Positions 36,677 through 50,119 of a DNA stretch of 64,000 nucleotides are shown here, piece by piece. The notes under the pieces were generated by a model. It had not been told where the DNA came from, searched no databases, and saw only the letters and a program-made list of their open reading frames with translations. This DNA is from Octopus sinensis (lineage: Eukaryota), in the NCBI RefSeq assembly GCF_006345805.1, contig NC_042999.1, forward strand, positions 125,178,001 through 125,242,000. The letters are read 5' to 3'. The first letter of the stretch is position 1, and each line of letters opens with the position of its first letter. A program made the position numbers and the translations under genes.

Positions 36677-38049
36677 TCCTGATTATCGCTTTACCACTTA
36701 CCTTATATTAATCTTTATTGCTCCTCTTCGCTCTCTTCCCTATGCCTATTCCATTCCTTTAGAATTCTGCTTGGTTATAACTAGAAATGACTCTGGCGAA
36801 AGTAGCATTAACTTTTTAGGTGGTTCAGTTTTTCTCAACCAATCGATGGCCAGCTTAGTAAACGTATCAATAAAGAGCCTACAATGACAACTAGAAACAG
36901 CTGTTAGTCAAATTTACTGCAAGAAACAAAGACCATTATTTTTGCCTTGTCTTGTACACGAGTATATATACAGGAGTTGGACAAAATAATGAAAATACCT
37001 ATGAAAGCATCATAGCATAATTTTGAAATATCTATAAAACTGTCAAAAGCCTCCCATAGCTTCTCGGTCACTGATTTGTACATTATATTTTCATGTTTAT
37101 CTAATAATTTGGCACAAACACCATTGAATTTGAAGAAAATAAAACAGTACACAATGCTTTCAAAACACACACACACACGCGCATATGAAGGGTGTCAGGG
37201 AAGGACAGCAACTTTGACGGGAGAACACGTTCGACTCTTTGGGGTGGTTCGTCCGCTCTGGTCTCCACCTGGCACCCAACTCTCTTTAGTGGCTCCATAT
37301 AACTGTTTGCTTGCAACGGTGGCCATGCTCTGATAAACCGTTTCGACAAGTGGGCTAAATCAGGTGATGATAGCCAACGTGAATGAAACTCATGGTAGTT
37401 AGGGTTTGACTACCTATATACGTAGAGCTTGACTACTGGATCGGGTGGACTTCTAGAAGAAATCATCATAGTTCAGCGAAGAGTAACGCGGCTACTGCTA
37501 CGCATTGTGGAGTGCACAGAGCAAGATGAGACAAGTAAGACATCTTGGTCATCAATTGTATTCGCCTCCATCCCCGGTCGTCTTGACTTGGTATTACCAT
37601 TAAATTGAAGATGGTCACGCACGAGAGAGTGAAGTTGATGGTGTGCAATTCTTCTTCACTTTAAACTGTCACCACCAAAGTCATCAGTCATCTTCAGGAT
37701 GACTAGATGGTCATCATCGCCTCGACAGACGAACATGATGTATATATGCATACACATGCATTCATTTGTACATGTATAAATACGTATATACAATACGCAT
37801 GAATACATATGTTTCTAAAACGTTGGATTGTCTTGCTTCTTTCTTTGCTTTTTAAGAAAAGAAAAAAAGTACACTCTATATTATTTTTTAAATGTTTTTT
37901 TTTAAATTTCTTTTTCAAGTTTGCTGAATTTTTAAGATGTTCAGACCATAGAAATCTCGAGAATGTTTTTTTGTTTTTTTTTTTTTTTTAGAAAAAGACT
38001 TATTTATAAAAGATAGACAATGAAGTTTAAAAAATCACACGTTTAGCGA

Positions 38050-38590
38050 ATTTAACGAATAACCCATATTCCAGTAGGTTTCATGATGGAGAAGAATGAT
38101 TGAGATGTATTTAGTATAAGTTTGTGTGAGAAAGAAGTCTGTGGAATCACAGATGGAAGCACTTGATGAGGAAAGTTCAGTGTATTGAGTGATTCAGGAA
38201 GGATGTGATACTCAATTTTCTTGTTCAGATGAGAAAAGGCCGGTATCGTAATAGTAGAAGCAGAAAGATGAAACTTCGCATCTGGCAGTTGGTGGTTGTA
38301 ATATACGAATAATTGACTGTTTGCGCATCATTCGAATGCTTTTCTTTTCGTTTGAGGTTTGTAATGTCTGATTGTGTAGCAGCAGTACCGTCCCAGGCAT
38401 GAAAGTAGTAATGAAAAATGGGATGTTTGTGATTTGTCATTGAGCCAGTATCTATTCAGAGTTGCAATGTTTCTTTGGCTTTGAAAGGAAATTTGGGGAT
38501 GTTATTATTCTAAGGTCGCTATTTAGTGATTGCAAGACGTTGTAAAGCTTAAGTGTTTGGAGAGTTTAGTTGTTACCCGAAAACTCAGAA
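38050..38590 (-). mobile_element. CR1-group LINE RT C-terminal fragment
   Basis: Frameshifted FLSK(A/P)KKH...YYFHAWDGTAA...SIRMMRKQSIIRILQPPTARCEVSSFCFYYY.GLFSSE, resembling the recalled CR1-type EYCSHIWDG...SLQPLxHRRxVSSLxxFYRYYxGxCSxE. Confidence 0.65.
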
Positions 38591-39673
38591 ATGTTAAAAA
38601 ATGTTATAGTCTAAAAGACAAAACAAAATTCTATAGATATTTCTCACGTGGTGGTCGCTAGTTCCGTAACACTGTTAGGACATTGAGACACTGCTGAAGA
38701 CTTACTCTTAATTTGGTGCAGTGTTTCTCAACTTTTTTTTTTGTCCAATATCCCACTTCGGTTTCTCTTAAAATACGTGCCCCCCCCCATAATAAACAAA
38801 TAAAGTGAGTATATAGCATATACATAGTTTTAATTAAAATTTTGTTGCAACTGTTCACTTTTTACTTACTTTCGTCCCAATCTGAAGTAAACTACGCTTC
38901 ACCAAAATATTGCCGCACCTTACACCACTCTTAAAAATACTGATTTAGTTATTGAGGGGAGTTAAAGCAACTGGAATAGTACCCCACCCAAGACCCACCC
39001 AAAGGAAGATTTGAATTCTGCCTTATACATTCTCTCCCGAAGCACCTGTGGGTTTCTGCTATGCCACTGTTTAATGTTAAACTCGGCTGTTTTCTCTTTC
39101 TGAGTGTCTGGAAAGTTAAATATCTTCGTAACGATTTCAATGCTGTAATGGTGACGGGTCATAAACTGCCGACCTCTTGACAAGTCCTACGCTACGCAGT
39201 TCGACTCAGTCATCCGAGTTCTCTTAACTGTGTGATAAAATCAAGAACATCATTCAAATGTAGTCTGTTCACACAGTTGAAACTATACCAAAGCCCAGTC
39301 ATAATGGGTTATAAGAGAGACATAAATTAGAGAGAGAAAAAATGAAAGAAGTGCATGGTACATTTTTTTAAGAAGTGGCAAGCTGAGATTTTGTGAGAAA
39401 GGAGAGTAGTGAGTGGGATGTGTCAAGTTGAATGTTACTAGCATGAGGTTGAGCAGTGCGAAATAAGATGTATAATATATACATGTATATAACGACCTCC
39501 TTTCCAGCTGTGCCTACTCTGCCATTTAGCTGTGCACTCCTTGATGAGAAGGACTGGTTACGTAAAGTGTACGCATACTTGAGATAACGATAACCATTTA
39601 TAACACTCTACACATATGTGCATGATCACACATATCACAAAGTACGTGTGAGTGTGTTTCACATACATACATG

Positions 39674-39731
<58 letters not shown>

Positions 39732-40495
39732 GAAACAATTAGTTTTAGATTGGGTTTAGGGATGGAGAGTTTATGGCGACGTTCTTTGTACCCACAGACA
39801 GTTCCCAATTTCGACATATTTACACAAGAGGCATCTGTATTGAATGAAAGGCCTAACGTCTTATGTCACACTCTGTTCTACAGAGTACCATCTCCTGCAC
39901 TAGAACCCACAAGTAATTGTTGATACAAGAGTGTATGTAGATTAATAATACTAGAATCAAAATGTAAAAATAAGAAAATGTTGATATAATGGAAACTTTA
40001 TTCGATGAACACACGCGTGTCGCGTGCGCATGTAATAATGAATGTGTGTAACATGTAGAGAGGGACAGGGGATCTCTGATAACTCAAAATGTTATCTCGT
40101 TTCACTTAATTATGACATCATTTTATTATTGCTGTTGCTTGTAGGGTGTTAACTTTAGGCTAACTTGCTGCCTTTTCGTGGTATAATGACATTAACTGAA
40201 TCTTACGTCTTTTCAATCATGGTTTATAGTATACTTTGTTATATAATTGCATATCGTTCGGGGTCATTGTGTTCATTAATACAATGTGACAACATTATTT
40301 TTCATTTGATTGTATTTAACTTATATTTTAAAGGTGGTTGAGTAGCAAGATCGTTAGCATGGAACGTAATAACGGTTTCAAATTTTGGCACATGGCTAGC
40401 AGTTTTTGAGGGAAGGGGGAAGTTGATAACATCGACCTCAGTACTTGGCTGATTCACAGAAGACGCCTTTCTTCTATGGCTAAATCAAATATAAA

Positions 40496-40672
40496 TTAAC
40501 ATTTCTTCACTTTTACTTTTGTAAATTTATATCAATAGAAGATGCAGGCGTGGCTGCGTGATAAGAATTTTGTTTCCCAACCACATGGTTCCGGGTTCAG
40601 TCCTACTATGTGACACCTTGGGCAGTGTCTTTTACTATAGGTTCCAGCCAACCAAGCCTTGTGAGTAAATTG

Positions 40673-40709
<37 letters not shown>

Positions 40710-41340
40710 AATTTGTTTATATCTATTATATATATATAATATATAACTTTACTCACAAGGCTTGGTTGGCTGAACCTATAGTAAAAGACACTTGCCCAAG
40801 GTGTCACATAGTAGGACTGAACCGGAACCATGTGGTTGGGAAACAAAATTCTTATCACGCAGCCACGCCTGCATCTTCTATTGATATAAATTTACAAAAG
40901 TAAAATTGAAGAAATGTTAATATATATATATATATATATATATAAATTTGTTATATATATATATATATATATATATATCATATATATATATATATATATA
41001 TAATTATATATATATATATAACAAATTTAATATATATATATATATAACAAATTTATATATATATATATATATAACAAATTTATATATATATATATATATA
41101 TACAAAATTTACATATATATATATATATATAACAAATTTACATATTATATATATATATATATATATATAACTTTACTCACAAGGCTTGGTTGGCTGGAAC
41201 CTATAGTAAAAGACACTTGCCCAAGGTGTCACATAGTAGGACTGAACCCGGAACCATGTGGTTGGGAAACAAAATTCTTATCACGCAGCCACGCCTGCAT
41301 CTTCTATGATATAAATTTACAAAAGTAAAATGAAGACTGG
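40496..41340. repeat. Inverted triplication of unique flank + SINE 5' part + (TA)n
   Basis: 40496-40706 (+), about 40740-40920 (-) and 41165-41335 (-) are near-identical, including non-SINE flank. The SINE 3' half resumes on + at about 41405-41640. Confidence 0.9.
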
Positions 41341-41730
41341 AATTATATATTATATATAGTATATTATATATATATATATATTATATATATATATATATAA
41401 TTATATATAGGGGTGGTGGTGGTGGGTGATTATGTCTGTGTTTGTCTCCCACCACCGCTTGACAACTGGTGTTGGACGTCTTTATGTCTCCGTAAATTAG
41501 CGGTTCGGTAAAAGAGACCAATAGAATAAGTACCAGGTTTTAAAAGAATAATAATAAGCACTAGGATTGATTCGTTGGACTAAATCCCTTCAAGGCGGTG
41601 CATCTGCATGGCCGTAGTGTAATGACTGAAACAAGTAAAAGATAAATGCATATTTTTCTTAATCAGTTTAATTTATTCGTCGAGTTTACTTAAGCTACAA
41701 TGTCGTAATTTTAACATTAAATTAAGAAGC

Positions 41731-42231
41731 AATATTTCGGTGCCGATTTAGTATGTGATCTACATACATGATTCCGGAATAGCTTGTAATCTACATTAGT
41801 TCAAATGGTATAGTTTGTGATCTACACCGACTTTTTGATCTACATTTAAAATTCATATATTTGTTTTTCCATTACATTTGATTTGAATAGGAAAATCAAT
41901 TGTAAACTGACTTTAAGAAATTTTGGAATTGGTTTTTTTTTTTTATTTTGTAAAAAGATCACTCATTTAATTTAACTGAAGAAATGACTAGAAGGAGCAG
42001 GAGGACTATATGCAACTGGTTCAATAAGTGCAGGGAAGTCTGCTCTTCAATTGGGTCTGTCGGTAACAGAGGACAAATTGTAGGAAATGTCGAACATGTT
42101 TAGCTCGCTCCTCTAATTATGATTGCAAATTTATAACAAAATTTTGAATGTAGATTACAAACTAATCTAGATTTATGTTGCTGTAGATCACACTGGCATG
42201 CAGATCACATACTACACCAGCACCCAATATT
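41731..42231. mobile_element. Degraded TIR element with subterminal GATCTACA repeats
   Basis: Left AATATTTCGGTGCCGATTTAGTATGTGATCTACAT versus right reverse complement AATATTGGGTGCTGGTGTAGTATGTGATCTGCAT. Several (T)GATCTACA copies at left, TGTAGAT(C/T)A at right. No clear TSD. Confidence 0.55.
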
Positions 42232-42429
42232 CTTATGAATGTTCTTTTTCTAATCACTGCTGTTCTTTGCGAAAGATAGTTTTCTTCATGACTGTTGTTT
42301 CATTGGGTTTCGAAAATGTTTGCACGAATATAAACGCTCTTGTATTAAATTATATATAATAGTACATATTCACTAATATAAACTATCAAATTTGTATAGT
42401 AAACTAACACAGATTTCGGTATTTTACTA

Positions 42430-42633
42430 GGCGGCGAGCAGGCAGAAACGTTAGCACGCCGGGCGAAATGCCTAGCGGTATTTCGTCTGCCGTTACATTC
42501 TGAGTTCAAATTCCGCCGGGGTCGATAAATTAAGTACCAGTTAGGCACTGGGGTCGATGTAATCGATTTAATCCGTTTGTCTGTCCTTGTTTGTTCCCTT
42601 TATGTTTAGCCCCTTGTGGGCAATAAACAAATA
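42430..42633 (+). mobile_element. Young family-A SINE with a distinct 3' tail and perfect 15-bp TSD
   Basis: TSD AGATTTCGGTATTTT (42411-42425 and 42634-42648). Tail GTTTGTCTGTCCTTGTTTGTTCCCTTATGTTTAGCCCCTTGTGGGCAATAAACAAATA. Internal deletion between two GGTCGA motifs. Confidence 0.9.
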
Positions 42634-42889
42634 AGATTTCGGTATTTTTTCAAATTTAAAGTGATGCAGGGTGAGATTTTTTTTTTTTTGCTGCGATAGT
42701 TACAGGCATGTTTCTCTATCAAATGAAAACAAAAGCCTATTTTATTGAATAAATTGCCATGAAATATGTGTAGGAGGATTGGTAATTGCAGTAGAGAAGA
42801 AATAATTCAATTGTAGAAATAGAGGGTAAAAAAAATTGCAACACTGAGAATGAAAATAAAATACTCGGAGCCAAGCTGAAGAGAAACAA

Positions 42890-42925
<36 letters not shown>

Positions 42926-43802
42926 TGTGTGTGTGTGCGCGTGTGTGTGTTGCCAGCAGATAAGCGAACTATTCACATGTTTTACTGCATGGGTAGATGT
43001 AGAAAGGAAATCGCCTGCAAGAGTTCATTGTTTCACTCTATCACCGCTCCCACCGCAAGGCCCACAACAATCCTTCATCATTACAGTCACCAATCCCAAA
43101 GTTAACGTCATCATCATGATTATCATCATTACAACAATCACAAAAAAAAAAAACACCAACGAGATCATCGTCGTCGCCGTCGCCACCAGTCAACAGTTAT
43201 CATTACTATAGTCATCATTACCATTATCATCTCCACCACCACCACCACCACAAGCAATATCATCATTACTACTACTTTTATTTTCATTATTGCCGTTATC
43301 ATCACCACCGCCATCATCACCATCAAACGATATTTTATAAACTGTGTACAGGGTATCGTTTGTTGTTTTACAAAATATATTCAGCTCCCTCTTCCTCTTC
43401 ATCCTCTTTCATCATCATCATCATCATCAATCATACTCCAGTAAATTAGTCCATAGTTTACTCAGAGGCATGTAATGAATCTTTCATTCATAAAAATGAG
43501 ATATTTTATGGTTTACATGTTCTTATTTGTATCGTATTGTGTCGCGCCTAATGTTTTAGTACTTTCATTGTGTCTGGTTATTGTCATTATGACAAATAAA
43601 GTGATGGTTTAGATCGGTGTTTGTCATTCAAGTGAATTAGCGCCCCACCCCACTACATCTATAAGGTGAGGGGAGAGTTTTTTAAGAATCGAAAAACATT
43701 GCTAGGTTACATAAAATTATGAGTTGTAAACTTTTATAGAGAAGAAAGAAGAATTGTATGGATACAAACTCTATTTTGTTAGTCCATCAATAAAGATGGG
43801 TA

Positions 43803-43995
43803 AAGGGGTGAGCTGACAGAATCGTTCGTGTGTCGAACAAAATACTTCACGCATTTTTTCCGACTCGTTACATTCTGAGATCAAATTTCACCAAGGTCGA
43901 CTTTGCTTTCCATCCTTTCGGGAGCGATAAAATAAGTACCATTTGAACACTGGAGTTGATGTAATCGACTTATCTACCTCTTTAAAATTGCTGCA
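43803..43995 (+). mobile_element. Family-A SINE
   Basis: GGGGTGAGCTGACAGAATCGTT...GGTCGACTTTGCTTTCCATCCTTTCGGG. Confidence 0.85.
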
Positions 43996-44499
43996 ACCAA
44001 TATTAAACCCTATTATACTAATCAAAAATATAAAAACCAAAATTAAAATTCATGAAGTCGGTGTGAGTGAACAGCAATTGTAATGGTAAAATTTCATAAT
44101 TCCAGAAACATTTTGTCAGGTTAATAGAATAAAAGAGATTCGTCCTACATTAAGAAACTCCACCTGTCATTTTCTGTTCTTTAGAGTAAAATGAAGATAA
44201 CATAAATCAAAAAAGCAAATTTTTTATTTGCTTTATCCTCATAAAGGAAAGATAAAGAAGATATCTTCTTTTGAAGATAAGGCATACAGGCTTATCAAAA
44301 GGAGATATCCGCTTTTAGAACTTTATGAAATTATGAATCCTATGGGAGTAGTACATATAGGGATAATTTCGGTGATATTTCACTTTCAGAGGAAAGCAAA
44401 ACCCTGATAATAAGGGCGGTAACTACATACTCAAAGATAATGGCTGAGTCACCCCATCTTCTGTTTCGTTTTACTTTATATTAACTTCAGTATATTTTA

Positions 44500-44795
44500 T
44501 GAGAATTTTAGGTTTCAGGCATTCCCAACCCACTAGCCTCTTCCTCCTTCTTTCATCCCCCTTTTCATGTCCACCCCTCACCGTAGTTTTGCACTAATTA
44601 TTACGCCCAGTCCTTCCTACAATGTCGGGTTCTGGAATTACCTTCTTGCTCATTTCTTTCCTGCAAATATTGATCTGCAAATGTTCAAGAGGAACATTAA
44701 TGGCATCAGTCTCAACTAGTCTTAAAGGGACTGCGAAAGTCATAAACACTGCCTTTTCCTCCAGACCCAACAAGTAAAAAAAAAAAAAAAAAAAA
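44500..44795 (+). mobile_element. CR1-group LINE 3' end with poly(A)
   Basis: ...TNYYAQSFL...FWNYLLAHFFPANIDLQMFKRNINGISLN*, short 3' UTR, then an A run at about 44776-44796. Confidence 0.7.
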
Positions 44796-47700
44796 AGACA
44801 AAATGTATTATTGACTTTATTCTGTCTTTTTTACTAGAATCTAACATTGATTAAAAGTTTGATATATTTCCTATCAGATACACCAGGAAGAAACTCTGCA
44901 TATTTTATTAAATTCGTGTCCTCATAATTTATATTTCTTTTTTATCTGTTGCCTGACAAATAACTTAACTGGGTTTTCATCTTCAGCTGATACATTGATC
45001 AAAAATAGTTTGTATTAGAACTAGAAATTTTACCAATTAATTATTTATTATTGAACATAACAGAATTGTCCAATGATACATTTATTCAATGTTGAGTATT
45101 AAAGATGTAGTAAGCTAATCTCAAAAGACAACATATTTCAGTAATGAAAAGATGACTTTGATTATTTCTGATATTGCTATTATTAAAAAGAATCAACTCA
45201 ACCCCCGCCTTTTTATTATTAGTATTTACTAAGTAAGCGAATTTTAACTTGATGCACTTTTTTTCCTGACTGTTAGTCGTGATGGAGTTGGCAGGTTATT
45301 TTTTAACTCTGAGCAGTTCTACATGGATTAGAGTCGAAGAAAATATCAGAGATACACATTACAAGAAAAATAAAGCAGGGAAGTCGTCACAAGCCAATAA
45401 TTTCGAAACACTTGTTCTCTCTCTCTCTCTCTCACTTCCCCCACTCTCTAAGATAAACAACATCTAACTCATTTATCTTAGAAATACCAAAATAGTTCAG
45501 AGTAATAGATCAAATACGGGATCTCCTGAATTTCTTGCTCTCTATGCTTTCACCCTTCGTATTCAAACATTCATCGTATTTAATCCAAGTAGTTGTTCAG
45601 TATTAGAGTCGTCCTAAATTCTGCCATACGTTGCTTATTGGAGAATGCTAATTTCAGTAATTGTTATAATTTCCGGTTAACCTCCTTGGATCCGTATCTT
45701 CTGAAATTGACAATATATCGTTAATGCCTTACTATTTTGAAGATTTTTTGTTGTTATTGTTGTTTACGAAAAAATGAGAACAATTTCTTTTGTAGGCAGT
45801 TTACGAGCTAGATCCCGAGATAATTAAGCAAGATTGTAAAATTCTTGGCAAATTTTTGCTAACTCTTGAATTATCACTAAATTTATGATTTTCAAAAAGC
45901 AGTTTTGTCCAATTGTGAGAGATTTATTCCGTCTGCCATTAGGTGACTTCTAAATAGCATCGTAATTATATGATAGGCTGAATACTGTTTTGTTATTAAT
46001 TCTTAATTTAAAGCTGCAATGTATATGAAGTTAACACTTCTTTTTACTCTGTATTAAATCCATTTCCTACACAGTAATATTCAAGGAATTCGTTATATTT
46101 TCTTTACAAGTATCTCATATTCAAAATAGTTCAGAAAACATTCAGTCGTTTATAGACTACATGGCCTTAAACTAGATCAATCTCTGAAATTGTTAATATA
46201 ATATCAGCATTATACTTTATGTGTGTGTATGCATATATTCGTCTCCAGTGGTATGCTAAATGAAATTAAGTCCTTTGACAACTTCTAGGTGAATTAAAAC
46301 TTTGACTTCTTCATCCATATTTCCAGGAAGGCCTTACAAAGTAGAATCTTGTACAACGTTTGTACAAAAGCTTAGCATCACCACTGAAACGCTACACCTT
46401 TCGTGGTAATTATATCAAGAATATGGATAGATAAACCTTGAAGGATAAAAAGCTTCAGTCAATATTCGTTTGAGATAGATCTTTTTAATTGATATGGCAG
46501 CCAAACAGAAGCAGTACAACGACACACAGACTGTTAAAGTTGAATTGAAATTGAATCGGACGTAGGAATTTGTTTCCTAATTCTTCATTGTCGGTGGCTT
46601 AGAAAACCTGCCTCTATTTATATGGATATTATCATTTGCATGCGAAATCTGCGAAACCGTACAATAAATTCGCTGGCACCATGTGAATATTAAATAATTT
46701 CTATTTTAGTAGAAGTATTCATATATTCATTATGATAGCCTCTCTTTACGATTTTTTTTTTTTTTTTTTCCAGTGTTATCATCACATTAATTGCCACCAA
46801 CTAGTAGTTTCAATAGCTGTTCTTGCTTTTGCTATCGTAACTGTCGTTTTAAATATATGGAACCTTAAATAGTGGGTCGGTTGATGCGTTGATGCATAAA
46901 ACTTTTTGTTCTGCAAGTAGTAGAGAAGTTCATAGCGAACATTTTTATCATTCTTTCTCCCATCCTGACTGTCATTGTAACAAACAATATCTCCCTGTTT
47001 CTACTTTCATTTTTGCCTCCTTCCCTCCTCCTACATCGTCACCATTATAATTGAAATATTCAATAGAAATGGCATATTTAGTTAAATCATTTAACCTTGT
47101 TTAGATTCTGCAAGTAGAAGATTTTTCTCCTGAGTGCATTTAAACTCGTCTTTCTTCCTTCTCATTTTCCTTTCTTGTTACTCAAGCATTTTTTTCCAGT
47201 GAGTTCTCCTCCCTGATCATGTACATTTCCGATTTTTTTCTTTAATTGTACTTTTTTCTACCCCCACCGCTGTCCACTCCTACTCATTTCCCTCTACTAT
47301 CTAGAAAATAACTTAAGCCTGAGACAACAGATTGCTATGTTGTAAGTTAAATTTGTAAAGTATTCACTGCTTATTCGTTTCCATATTAAAGTAATCTGGG
47401 TCAATCATTTTAATAGTACACCTTCGTTTGTCATCTTTTTGTTCCACATACTCTGCAGAATGAACTAGTTTTCAAGAAACAACTCTTACTTTACTGCAAA
47501 TGGAAACAAATCGTAAGACGCGTTATTATTTGGTGGTCTTTGTGTAAGCAAGGAAGTAACTTTGAATTCATAACATTATTTTATCGTTTTGCAATTTCTA
47601 GTATCTTTGAAAGTTTGACACTAGTTAAATCAGGTATTTAGTGCTCACTACATTAAATATACAAGCACAAACTTAACTTTCATTTTTCATGTTGAATGCG

Positions 47701-49229
47701 TCTCGGAGAAATTGACCTCGGTTATTTGTTTAATTTCTTTTTATCAATTTAGAAAGTTAAATGTATCTCCAAATAATTAAGTAATTTGTTTTTTAATTTT
47801 AAGTTAATTGTTTTGGAAATCAAGAACGAAATAGTACTTCATGAAAATGAAATCATTAATTTTATTATGAAATTATGTGGGTTATTTCTTTGGTTGTTTT
47901 TTTACCTATCGAATATGTACATAGCTCTCTGGAACTTAGGAAATTTAGCGTAAGAAAATCTTAAAGGTTACTCACTTCTTACGCATCAAAAACTATTCTT
48001 CCTTTGTTGTCATTGAACACTTTCCAGTTATTAACTAACCAATGATTATCAGTAAAAAATAATTGAAAACTTAAGTGTTTTAAAAGATATGCATGATATC
48101 AACGTGTCGGTGTTGCAGTAATGTTTAAATTTGCTTTAAAAATAAACGTTTGGTTATTGTTCTCTAGTGTTTCATTCAATATGTTGAACATTAGGAAGAA
48201 ATTAATTTGACCAAAGCTTATTTACAAGTTAGTAACATCAAGATTTACGTATGTTTCAAGCGTAGTATACCGAAGTTTATTAAATTTCTGTGAACTAAAT
48301 TCATTCAATATTTTAATGTTGTGTTTAATGGGAATAAAACTTTTAATGCAGTCTTTTGAAAGCATATCTTTATCGAGATTATGACTTTTATTTGATCGAA
48401 GTGAAATTATATCTTATGGTATGAAAAAATAAGAGAATAAGTAACCAAACATAATAAATATCATAAAAAGGGAAGAAACAGACAAACGAAATAAATGCAT
48501 CAACTAGATAAATTATAAGCTGATGTACTCCATCCCAGTCTAATTTTCCGCGTTTTTTTTTTTTTTTTTTTTTTTTTACTACCGCTCGCTGTCATAGTTC
48601 TGTTTCATTCTTTACTACTGGCTGCCTGTTTCTCATTTCGTTAGCCCGCGTCCTAGTCGCCCTTTTTTCTTCTTTTATATTTTACTACAATGGCTAAGTC
48701 AGTTTACATATCAGCACTCCATATTCCTGTTTTTTTTTTTTTTTTATATATGTAATTCAATCTAAATCATTGATGTAAAACTGATCGTTTCCATTCCCTG
48801 GTCATGTCAGCACCATGTCCTTGTGATTTTGTTGCTCCTCTCACTCTAACTTTTGTTAGCTTCCTCCTCCTGATCTCCGGTATAAATGTACATGAAAGCA
48901 CGCTTACAACTGATTGTATAATGCATAGTTATATTATTTCTTAATAGCACTATCGCATCACGCAATACTGAGGGCTTTTATTCGTTTGTGCCACGTTCCG
49001 AGCTATAATGTTTGTTAATGCCCCTCTAAATCTTCTGTCAATTCTACTCTTGATTGTTTAACTCCAAATCAACTCTGATCAAGCTGATAAGACGTTACAG
49101 CCATGACCAACCTATATTTTTGTATATCACGAACAACTAGAATGTACAATGTATCCTTCTTTATATAAGGGGGTAGAGTGACTTTTTTTGAAAGGATATT
49201 TGGTTGATATTTCTAGCAGGCAAGTGATC

Positions 49230-49520
49230 ATGAAGAAGCTTCCTCGTGGGCTTGCTTTTAACTGTAGTTAAACTCCTTGCCAGAATATTAAGGAGTTTTA
49301 CACACACACACACAACTGACACTTCACTGTTCATGATTTTAATGTTGCGTAGATTAAGGCGTCTCTTAAACCTATCAAACCAGCCTTCATTAGCAAGAAC
49401 TTCCTGTAAATCATTGAACAAACTTTTAGATTTGGTTTGAATGACCATTGTATTTATCGGTACATTACGTCCAGTCTGATCATCGATCCACACTTACTAG
49501 CCTTTGTATTTTAGGTATAA
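49230..49520 (-). pseudogene. Tigger/pogo (CENP-B HTH) transposase fragment
   Basis: RLVSVWIDDQTGRNVPINTMVIQTKSKSLFNDLQE..VLANEGWFDRFKRRLNLRNIKI matches the Tigger motifs WIxDQxxRxxP...IxxKAxxLF and AxxGWFxRFKxR. Confidence 0.85.
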
Positions 49521-49618
49521 CTTCAGTTCTACGAAAAACATTTGTATTTAACAGAGTTGCTGCTTGAACACTTGATTTCATTTTTATCTTTATTGTGATG
49601 TATTGTTTTACTGTAAAA

Positions 49619-49935
49619 GCGCATGGCTCAGTGGTTAGAGCGTCGAACTTACGATTGTGAGGTTGTGAGCTCGAATCCCGGACCGGGCTGCGTGCTGTGT
49701 TCTTGAGCAAGATACTTTATTTCACGTTGCTCCAGTTCACTCAGCTGTAGAAATGAGCTGCGACGTCACAGGTGCTAAGCTGTATCGGCCTTTGCCTGTC
49801 ACTTGGCGTGGAGAGGGAAGGCCGGTATGCATGGGCGACTGCTGGTCTTCCATAAAACAACCTTGCTCGGACTTGTGCCTGGGAGGGTAACTTTCTAGGT
49901 GCAATTCCATGGTCTGTGTTGTGACCGAAGGGGGT
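49619..49935 (+). mobile_element. tRNA-derived SINE, family D
   Basis: GCGCATGGCTCAGTGGTTAGAGCGTC...GAGCTCGAATCCCG head, then GTGTTCTTGAGCAAGATACTTTATTTCACGTTGCTCCAGTTCACTCAGCTG. A degraded minus-strand relative lies at about 33170-33290. Confidence 0.8.
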
Positions 49936-50071
49936 CTCAGATTGTTTCTACTGTAGACATTGCAAGCTTTAATATGTTTAGCTATATAGCTTTGTAAAAT
50001 ATCAACTTAGGTTTAAAACTTGTTAAATTGATCAGAGTTTCTGTAACGTGAGTATTTCGGTGTGTGCGTTA

Positions 50072-50074
<3 letters not shown>

Positions 50075-50119
<45 letters not shown>

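Noticed and set aside
37331-37370. Third hammerhead-like string on the minus strand (CUGAUUU...GCCCACUUGUC-GAAACGGUU)
   Set aside because: Core G8/A9 are absent, helix II is broken and no helix I pairing is seen.
37440-37660. Open minus-strand frame HQLHSLVRDHLQF...SRVTLR*
   Set aside because: In-frame stop just upstream, no convincing splice sites and no recognisable domain.
38962-39183. 73-aa ORF with protein-like composition
   Set aside because: Non-ATG start directly after a stop, no recognised homolog and no splice support.
49619-49690. tRNA-like sequence (also the heads of SINE families A and B)
   Set aside because: A and B boxes are present but there is no complete cloverleaf or acceptor stem, and each continues into a SINE body.
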